Shown here: piece after piece, positions 49,534 through 56,566 of the stretch
Layout: each line of letters starts with the position of its first letter
How positions within the stretch are numbered: position 1 is the stretch's first letter
Notes under the pieces: model-generated
What the model was told of the DNA's origin: nothing
Database searches by the model: none
What the model saw: only the letters and a program-made list of their open reading frames with translations
NCBI GenBank assembly: GCA_963808235.1
Contig: CAWEEQ010000004.1
Coordinates: 3,264,001-3,328,000 of the forward strand
DNA length: 64,000 bases
Direction of reading: 5' to 3'
Source of the DNA: an uncultured delta proteobacterium
GTDB lineage: Bacteria; Desulfobacterota; Binatia; Binatales; Binataceae
Position numbers and translations under genes: made by a program

Positions 49534-49556
49534 TCCGCAAGAATCCCGGATCTGTC

Positions 49557-51266
49557 TCAGTGGTGTTCGTGCACGTAGAGGCCTGGGGCGCGCTCGCCGG
49601 GCTTGAAACGCTCACTGCCGAGCGAGGCCGGCGCGAGTCGTTCGCCGCCGGAGCGTGCGGCGAGCCACTTGATCCAGTGATCCCACCAGGTGCCCTTGTT
49701 CTCCGCCGCGCTTCGCATCCATTCGTCGGGATTCTCGGGAAGCCGCGCGCCCACGTAGTAGCGCGCTTTGAAGTTTCCGGGCGGATTCACGAGGCTCTGG
49801 ATGTGGCCGCTCGAGCCGAGCACGAATTCGGTTCGTCCGCCGAACATCGCGGTCGCGCGGTAGCAGGCGCGCCATGCGCAGATGTGATCGGTCATCCCGG
49901 CAACCAGGTAGAGGTCGCCTTTCACGGCGCGGAGATCGATCGGCGTGCCGAGAACTTCGACCTCCCCGCCATGGGTCAGCGGATTACGGAGAAACAGATC
50001 CAGAAAACCTTCATGGAGCTTCGCCGGCAGGTTGGTCGAATCCGCGTTCCAATAAAGGATGTCGAACGGCGCGGGATCCTTGCCGAGCAGATAGTTGTTG
50101 ACCCAGTAGTTCCAGACCAGGTCGTTGGGCCGGAGCCACGCGAAAACGCGCGCCATGTCCGCGCCGTCGAGCACGCCCTTTTCCGCCGAGCGGTCGATTG
50201 CCGCCTTGATTGCATCTTCGGTCGCGAACATCCCGGTCATCGAGGGCAGACTCGTATCCAGCATCGTGACCAGCAGGGTCGCCGCGTTGACGCGGTTGTC
50301 GCCGAGTGCGGCCAGATGCCCGAGCGTGAGCGCAGTCGTGATGCCGCCGGCGCATACGCCGAGCACGTTGCAATCGGGGCTGCCGGAAATTTCGCACGCA
50401 GCTTCCATCGCCTGCTTGCACGCATTGACGTACTCGTCGACACCCCAGTCGCGATCGCGCGGAGTCGGGTTGCGCCAGCTAATCGCGAACAGCGGGACGT
50501 TATGTTTGGTCGCGTACTCGAAGAAGCTGCGCCCCGGCGCGAGATCCATGATATAGAACTTGTTGATCTGCGGCGGGATGACGACCAGCGGCCGTTCGTA
50601 AATTTTCTCAGTCGCGGGAGCGTATTGAATCAGCTCGAAGAGCGGCGTGCGGTAGACGACCGCGCCGGGCGAGATTGCGAGATTGCGGCCGACTTCGAAC
50701 GGACGCTTGTCGACCTGCTGCGGCATCCCGCCGTTGTTCCACAGATCGGAAATGAAATTGCGCATCCCCGTCACCACGCTCATCCCCGCGGTGTCAAAGG
50801 CGCGCTTGAGCGCGGCCGGATTGGTAAAGAACCCGTTGGTCGGCGCGAGTGCTTCGGTCATCAGCGTGATCGCGAACTTCTGCTGCTCGACATCCTTCCA
50901 TTCGACGCCGTCGTCTTCATTGACGAGATCGTGCATCGCGATCCGCCACGCGAGATAGGACTGCATCAGGCGCCGAAAGATCGGATGCTCCGACCAGGCG
51001 TTATCGATGAAGCGCTTGTCGCCGGGCTCGGGCGCTAGCGTCGACCTGCCACCGGCGATCTGTCCGAGTTCGAATGCAAGCTGGAGCGCGCGAGAAGCAA
51101 CGTTCGCGGGATCGCCGCCGAGATGCGCGAGCAACCGTCCGAACGTTCCGAGCACCTGCGTCCCGTCGAGTCCAACGAACGGATTTGCGCCGAGGATCGC
51201 GTTGAGCGCCGGATGGTTTTCCTCGGGCGACAATATTTCAAGCTGTCGTTTCGCCACATTTTTCAT
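49557..51266 (-). CDS. phaC: Polyhydroxyalkanoate synthase (class II-like)
   Basis: PPQINKFYIMDL, ISWRNP, lipase box GVCAGG, LRPNDLVWNY, DHI, SSGHI, WWDHW. Confidence 0.93.
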   Translation of the reverse strand: MKNVAKRQLEILSPEENHPALNAILGANPFVGLDGTQVLGTFGRLLAHLGGDPANVASRALQLAFELGQIAGGRSTLAPEPGDKRFIDNAWSEHPIFRRLMQSYLAWRIAMHDLVNEDDGVEWKDVEQQKFAITLMTEALAPTNGFFTNPAALKRAFDTAGMSVVTGMRNFISDLWNNGGMPQQVDKRPFEVGRNLAISPGAVVYRTPLFELIQYAPATEKIYERPLVVIPPQINKFYIMDLAPGRSFFEYATKHNVPLFAISWRNPTPRDRDWGVDEYVNACKQAMEAACEISGSPDCNVLGVCAGGITTALTLGHLAALGDNRVNAATLLVTMLDTSLPSMTGMFATEDAIKAAIDRSAEKGVLDGADMARVFAWLRPNDLVWNYWVNNYLLGKDPAPFDILYWNADSTNLPAKLHEGFLDLFLRNPLTHGGEVEVLGTPIDLRAVKGDLYLVAGMTDHICAWRACYRATAMFGGRTEFVLGSSGHIQSLVNPPGNFKARYYVGARLPENPDEWMRSAAENKGTWWDHWIKWLAARSGGERLAPASLGSERFKPGERAPGLYVHEHH

Positions 51267-51377
51267 TTCGGCACCTCAAGTGGAACGCGGCGCATCGAGG
51301 ATTCAATTGACCCGTAGCAAAGGGACCTTGTCCGCGGCAAGGCGGCTAGCATAGCGCAAATCGCGCGCGAACAGCCG

Positions 51378-52388
51378 CTACGAATCGAGCAATTCGAGCC
51401 CGTGCTCGAACATCCGCGGCGCCGACAACGCCGTATCCTCCCACAATGGATCATGACGCTTGCCGCGCCGATGCAGCATCAGGTTGAAGCATGTGATCAC
51501 GCCGAACCGGTAGCCCGCAAACGCGCGGAACCATCGCACTTCGGACGTGGAAACCGGAAAGCCGGCAACTTGCGCGTAGGCATCCACGATTTCGTCGGCG
51601 CCGAGCAGCGCGCCACGGCCGATATCGGGCCCGACCCAGCTTGCCGGATCGGAAAAGAAGCAAATCCATCCGAGGTCGAGCAGGGTAGCGCCGACCAGCG
51701 AGATTTCCCAATCGATCAGCGCGACGACGCGTTCCTCGCTGAACAGAACGTTAGACCATTGGAAGTCGCCGTGAACGCATCCGATGCGCGTGCCGTCGGG
51801 CAGGCTCGAGCGCAAACGCTCGCGGAGTTCAGGGGCACGCGCGACCACGGCGGGATCGAGCGTCGGGCGATCGAGCAGGTAGTCGAGGCGTTTGAGCTCT
51901 TCGCTGAGCGCGAACGGCTCGCCCCACGCCTCGCGACGCTGCTCCCATCGGACGTTGTGGAGCGCGGCCATCGTCTCGATTCCCTTGCGCGCCAGCCGTT
52001 TCAGATGCGCGACGGGCAGCGTGGATTCGTTCAACTTGAACCCGTCGACAAAGCCGCCCACGAAATACGGACGCTCGAAGAACTCAGCTTCGTCGCCGTA
52101 CCAGATGATCGGGGGTACCGCGACCGGGGTGTCGGCGAGCGATGCCATGACTTTAGCTTGCCGCACGATGTCGGCGGGTCCGGAGATCTTTACCCCGGGT
52201 GGCGCAATGCGCACCACGAATCTTCCCGCCGGCGCGCCGCCGTCCGAGCGCTCGAGGACGAAGCTGTAACTGAATCCGGCGTGACCGGGCAGCGCCGCAA
52301 GCGAATGCGCTCGTGCTCCAGCGTCGCCGGTTTTCGCGCGCACCAATGCGGTCAGCTGCGCGGCAACTTGCTCGAATTTCTCCGCCAT
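51378..52388 (-). CDS. Aminoglycoside phosphotransferase-like (ACAD10/11-type) kinase
   Basis: VHGDFQWSNVL, LIDWE, DLGW. Confidence 0.85.
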   Translation of the reverse strand: MAEKFEQVAAQLTALVRAKTGDAGARAHSLAALPGHAGFSYSFVLERSDGGAPAGRFVVRIAPPGVKISGPADIVRQAKVMASLADTPVAVPPIIWYGDEAEFFERPYFVGGFVDGFKLNESTLPVAHLKRLARKGIETMAALHNVRWEQRREAWGEPFALSEELKRLDYLLDRPTLDPAVVARAPELRERLRSSLPDGTRIGCVHGDFQWSNVLFSEERVVALIDWEISLVGATLLDLGWICFFSDPASWVGPDIGRGALLGADEIVDAYAQVAGFPVSTSEVRWFRAFAGYRFGVITCFNLMLHRRGKRHDPLWEDTALSAPRMFEHGLELLDS

Positions 52389-52419
52389 TGAAATCGACGC
52401 CGCCGCTTATCCTCTCGAC

Positions 52420-53070
52420 TTATCCTCGCATCCTGGCTTTCGCCGACCCGGGATGCAGACTCGCCGTGGCGCTCGGCCGCGATTCGACACGCTTGAACCA
52501 CGCGTTCACATTTTTGAGCGAGGGATCGATCTTCTGCCCGACGCTCCCGCCAAAATCGAGCGCGCAGTACAATATAATGTCCGCGACCGTGAACCGGTTG
52601 CCCGCGATATACTCCTTGCCCTGAAGCTGGGCGTCGAGCCATTTCAGCTTGTCCTGCACGATCGCCTTCAGCCCTGCCGACGCCTCCGGCAGAATCCGCA
52701 TGCGCGTCTTGAACAGCTCTGCGCCCTCGGCATAGCGAAAACCGTTGTACAGATGCTCGGTGATTTGCAGTTCGACCCGCCTCTGCCATTGCCGAGCTTC
52801 GGCGCGCTCCTCGGCGGTGGTGCCAATAAGCGACGGCGCAGGATGCTTCTCTTCGAGGTACTCGAAGATCGCGACCGTCTCGCCGATACACTTGCCGTTG
52901 TCGAGTTCCAGCGCGGGCAGTTGCCCGCCGGGATTGCGATCGGTATACGGCGCCTTGCGATTTTCCGCGCCCATCAAGTCGACATCCTTGATCGGAATCG
53001 AAATTCCCTTCTCTGCCAGGAACATTCGCATCGCGCGCGGATTGGGTCCAAGCGAATCGTAGAGTTGCAT
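52420..53070 (-). CDS. Glutathione S-transferase family protein
   Basis: PNPRAMRMFLAEKG, NPGGQLPALE, ETVAIFEYLE, FTVADI. Confidence 0.9.
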   Translation of the reverse strand: MQLYDSLGPNPRAMRMFLAEKGISIPIKDVDLMGAENRKAPYTDRNPGGQLPALELDNGKCIGETVAIFEYLEEKHPAPSLIGTTAEERAEARQWQRRVELQITEHLYNGFRYAEGAELFKTRMRILPEASAGLKAIVQDKLKWLDAQLQGKEYIAGNRFTVADIILYCALDFGGSVGQKIDPSLKNVNAWFKRVESRPSATASLHPGSAKARMRG

Positions 53071-53188
53071 AGTCAATCACCTCGCAAAAATCAGTGTCGG
53101 GCCGGACTATACAACAGGCTGCGCGAAGGCGGGAACCCCAAATCGCAGCGTGTTGCGTTGGCCGGAAGCGCTCATGTAGGACTTTGCC

Positions 53189-54673
53189 ATGCGATTTTGT
53201 CCGCACTGCGGTGCGCCGCTGATAGCCGGCGCAAAGTTCTGCGTGGAATGCGGCCGCGGACTTGCCGGCGGCTCAGCCTCTGGAGCGGGAGAAACCGGCG
53301 GCGTTCTGCGCCGCAACATGCCGCTCACCAACGCGTTTGTCGTTGTGTTCGTGGCGATTGCTCTGGTCGGGCTGTTCGCGGCGGTGTGGATCAGATGGCA
53401 GACGCCTGAAGCTGTGCGCGAGCAGGTCGCGAACATACCGCCGGTAATTGCGGCACCGAGTGCCGGCGCGTCGGAGAGCGCTGCGCCGAATAGCGCCGGC
53501 GGACCGCCGCAAACCGAGGTGGCCAATCCGGCCGCGGGCGGAAGTCAGAATGGCGATCTCCCGGCCGGTCATCCAAGGATAGAGTTACCGACCGAGGCTC
53601 GCACCTTCATCGACAAAATCGAAAAAGAAGCGCACTCGAAGCCGAGCGACATCGCTGCGTGGAACAAACTCGGCGCGGTCTCGATGCGCGCGGCGATGTT
53701 CGATCAAACCTACTACGGCAAGGCCGAAGAAGCTTACGGGCACGTGCTGAAACAGGAGCCGGACAACCTCGACGCGCTGCGTGGAATCGGCGATATCGAT
53801 TACGACAAGCAGCACTACGACGAAGCGATCGCAGCCTACGAACACTACCTGAAAAAGAAACCCGACGATCCCGAAGTCCGCACCGACCTCGGCACGATGT
53901 ACCTCTACACCGGCAACGCCGACCAGGCGATCGTACAATACAAAAAGGCGGTCGCGGCGAAGCCCGGATTTTTCCAGGCGTACTACAATATGGGAATCTC
54001 CTACGCGCAGGAGAACAAACCCGCCGAGGCGGCGGCCACGCTCAAGCAAGCGATGGCGCTAGCGCCCGACGATGCGGCGCGAAAACAGGTGACAGACTTG
54101 ATCGCGAAGCTGAACGGCGCACCGGCGGCCGTGGCTACGATCGCACCACCGCAAGTTGCATCGCCGGCGGCGAAGAACAGCGTCGCGGCAGCGTCGTCGC
54201 CCGCAGCGAAGAACTCCGTGATCGCGGCAGCTTCGTCGCCCGCGGCAAAGAACAGCGTCGCGGCGGCATCGTCGCCGGCGGCGAAGAACTCCGTGATCGC
54301 GGCCGCTTCGCCTGCGACGTCTCCGGCAGCCGCATCGGCGAAAACGTCGGCCTCACCTACGGCGGCGCCCAGCGCCGAGTCGACTGCGGGGACAGGCAAG
54401 GATTTCCACAGTGCGATCGAGCAGATGGTCAAGGGCATTCCCTTCGCAGGACCGAAGGTCGGCTCCGTAGAGTGGCCCGACCAGCTCAAGGGCAAGGTCC
54501 TGATGGATAATTTTCCGATGGATCAAATGCCACCCTTTGCGAAAACCAAGTTCCTGAACGACCTCACCGCCGGGATCGACGCCGCCAAGAAAGACAACAA
54601 TATTTCCGCTCCCGTCGAGCTTGATATTGTCGACAGCGCAAGTGGCAAAGTCATGGAAACGATTACTCACTAG
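53189..54673 (+). CDS. Zinc-ribbon, single-TM, TPR protein with tandem peptide repeats
   Basis: FCPHCG...FCVECG, TM helix, LPAGHP, TPRs, Ala/Ser repeats. Confidence 0.85.
   Translation: MRFCPHCGAPLIAGAKFCVECGRGLAGGSASGAGETGGVLRRNMPLTNAFVVVFVAIALVGLFAAVWIRWQTPEAVREQVANIPPVIAAPSAGASESAAPNSAGGPPQTEVANPAAGGSQNGDLPAGHPRIELPTEARTFIDKIEKEAHSKPSDIAAWNKLGAVSMRAAMFDQTYYGKAEEAYGHVLKQEPDNLDALRGIGDIDYDKQHYDEAIAAYEHYLKKKPDDPEVRTDLGTMYLYTGNADQAIVQYKKAVAAKPGFFQAYYNMGISYAQENKPAEAAATLKQAMALAPDDAARKQVTDLIAKLNGAPAAVATIAPPQVASPAAKNSVAAASSPAAKNSVIAAASSPAAKNSVAAASSPAAKNSVIAAASPATSPAAASAKTSASPTAAPSAESTAGTGKDFHSAIEQMVKGIPFAGPKVGSVEWPDQLKGKVLMDNFPMDQMPPFAKTKFLNDLTAGIDAAKKDNNISAPVELDIVDSASGKVMETITH
54161..54316 (+). 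repeat. Coding tandem repeat SPAAKNSV(I)AAAS, four copies
   Basis: Alternating 36-nt and 39-nt units. Confidence 0.9.
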
Positions 54674-54711
54674 CGGAGCGCGCGAATGGTCATTCGCATC
54701 ACGGGAGCCGG

Positions 54712-55248
54712 ATGCAGGGAAGACTGGTCAGGCTGCGCGGTTACGAAAAATCCGACGCACACGCGATGCTGCGGTGGGCTTCAGATGAAGATGTCACGCG
54801 ATGGCACGGGCCGCCCAATCTGCCGGCATCGCTCGCGCAGGTGGAAAAATTTATCGAGATGGGCTCGACGCCGGCCGACACGGCAAAGTATTTCGCGATC
54901 GAAACGCTTGCCGGCCAGCTGGTCGGCGACTGCGGACTCCGGTCGATCGACTGGAAGTGCCGCAAGGCTGAGTTCTTCATCACGATCGGCGAGAAACAGC
55001 TCTGGGACAAGGGCTATGGCAGCGATGCGCTCCGGGTCGTGACACGGTTGGCATTCGAAAAAATGAACCTGAATCGATTGTGGCTCACCGTCCTGGTGGA
55101 TAATCCCCGCGCGGTGCGGTGCTACGAGAAGTGTGGCTTCGTCCGTGAAGGCCATCTCCGGGATGAGAGTTACGTGGACGGAAAGTACCGCGACGTAATC
55201 CTGATGGCTCTTATCCGCGCGGACTACGACGCCGTCGCGCAGTCATAA
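54712..55248 (+). CDS. GNAT acetyltransferase (RimL/SpeG-like)
   Basis: WDKGYGSDAL, NLNRLWL, NPRAVRCYEKCGFVREG. Confidence 0.9.
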   Translation: MQGRLVRLRGYEKSDAHAMLRWASDEDVTRWHGPPNLPASLAQVEKFIEMGSTPADTAKYFAIETLAGQLVGDCGLRSIDWKCRKAEFFITIGEKQLWDKGYGSDALRVVTRLAFEKMNLNRLWLTVLVDNPRAVRCYEKCGFVREGHLRDESYVDGKYRDVILMALIRADYDAVAQS

Positions 55249-55264
55249 CAGGAGGAGCTATCCG

Positions 55265-55660
55265 ATGGAGTCAAAATCTTTCGAACGCATGCGCCGCGCC
55301 GGAGATAGGCAGACGCTTAAGTTGACTCACTATGGCCGAAAAACGGGCAACCCGTATGAGGTTGTCATTTGGTACCTGGTTGAAGGCGACCAGCTATACC
55401 TGGTCTCCGCGAATGCGAATAGAAACTGGGTACGCAACGTAAAGTCGCGGCCTGACATTTCACTGCGTATCGGCGACGAAGTCTTCAACGGCAAAGTACG
55501 CGTGATCACCGATCCGAAGGAGCGCGAAAAGGTGAGCGCACTGGTCGAGCGCAAATACTGGTACGTGCTCCCGATGCTCCGCCTGGCCCGCTTCCTAAGC
55601 TCGATGGGAGTTCTACGCGACAACAGCGCCGCCTTCGAAGTAATCCTGTCGGAAAACTAA
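55265..55660 (+). CDS. Deazaflavin-dependent nitroreductase-like (DDN/split-barrel) protein
   Basis: LTHYGRKTG, NWVRNVKSRP; AGGAGG RBS. Confidence 0.78.
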   Translation: MESKSFERMRRAGDRQTLKLTHYGRKTGNPYEVVIWYLVEGDQLYLVSANANRNWVRNVKSRPDISLRIGDEVFNGKVRVITDPKEREKVSALVERKYWYVLPMLRLARFLSSMGVLRDNSAAFEVILSEN

Positions 55661-55702
55661 CTATCGGCCAACGAGTGAGGACGCCCGGCTTCTGCAATAC
55701 CT

Positions 55703-56176
55703 CTAACTCGGCTCTCCACCCTCAGTGACCCGCTTCAAACTCTCCACCCAATTCTGATGACCGCGCACCAACATCGGCCGCAAATACCACCACGCAATCT
55801 TCGGCACGATCCCGTTCTGGCATTCCTCGGTGATGACGCGGCATCCGCCGCCCTTGCCATCAGGTTCGATTAGCCACCCGTGATGCGCCTTGAGCACGCC
55901 GCGCGCGTCCCATCCGAGTTCGTGCGACGGTTCGAATACGATCACCTTACTGGTGACGGTAGCCCCAAAAGTCTTCCATCGAAATTCAGTGCCAGGCGCG
56001 AGGTCAGGCGGATTGCCGCGAAGAAAACTCACATTGGCGCTATTGCTGTACCACTCGGGCCATTTTGCGGCGCGAATAAGCCATCGCCACACCTGCTCCG
56101 GCGCCGCGTCAATCGCAATCTCATTGCGCGCGTACACCGACGAATTCTCAGGTTCAAATCCCGCCATCCATTTCAT
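55703..56176 (-). CDS. SRPBCC / polyketide cyclase family protein
   Basis: IDAAPEQVWRWL..WPEWY, FRWKTFG, AHHGWLI. Confidence 0.82.
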   Translation of the reverse strand: MKWMAGFEPENSSVYARNEIAIDAAPEQVWRWLIRAAKWPEWYSNSANVSFLRGNPPDLAPGTEFRWKTFGATVTSKVIVFEPSHELGWDARGVLKAHHGWLIEPDGKGGGCRVITEECQNGIVPKIAWWYLRPMLVRGHQNWVESLKRVTEGGEPS

Positions 56177-56247
56177 AAGTATTCCAGCTCCGATACCCGA
56201 TACCTCGCCTGTGATCACAGGCAGTAGCGTATGGCGGCCGTCTTCTT

Positions 56248-56273
56248 ACCTCGCCCGTTATAACGGGCGAGGT
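56248..56273. repeat. Perfect 26-bp palindrome
   Basis: ACCTCGCCCGTTA-TAACGGGCGAGGT. Confidence 0.9.
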
Positions 56274-56300
56274 CTCGGAAAAGCTGTCCCCCAATAATTC

Positions 56301-56326
56301 GGGGGCTGGGATTGCTCCCAGCCCCC
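56301..56326 (-). terminator. GC hairpin downstream of nrdJ, possible terminator
   Basis: GGGGGCTGGGA-4 nt-TCCCAGCCCCC; U-tail poor. Confidence 0.5.
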
Positions 56327-56397
56327 TCCCGTCACCACATCCGCCGCCCCCACCACAACCCCTGAAGCACGACCCGCGTCGCGCCTTCTTCCAAATT

Positions 56398-56528
56398 GGA
56401 CCCCGGAGAATTCATCATCCCCATTCCGGGAACTGGCTAATTCTTTCGCCGCTCGATAGCTACCGCCGCCTCCCCCACAACCTCATCGCCAGTCCCGAAG
56501 CCTCCCCTCTGCCAATCCCCCGGGGTCC
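56398..56528 (-). ncRNA. Candidate structured RNA downstream of nrdJ
   Basis: Nested stems that pair better on the minus strand through G-U pairs, with purine-rich internal loops. Confidence 0.35.
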
Positions 56529-56566
56529 TTGATACTCATTCTAATACTCAGTCCAATACTCACTTC

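Noticed and set aside
56398-56528. SRP RNA, tmRNA or tRNA identity for the structured element
   Set aside because: Lacks the SRP helix-8 motif, tRNA-like ends and a T-loop.
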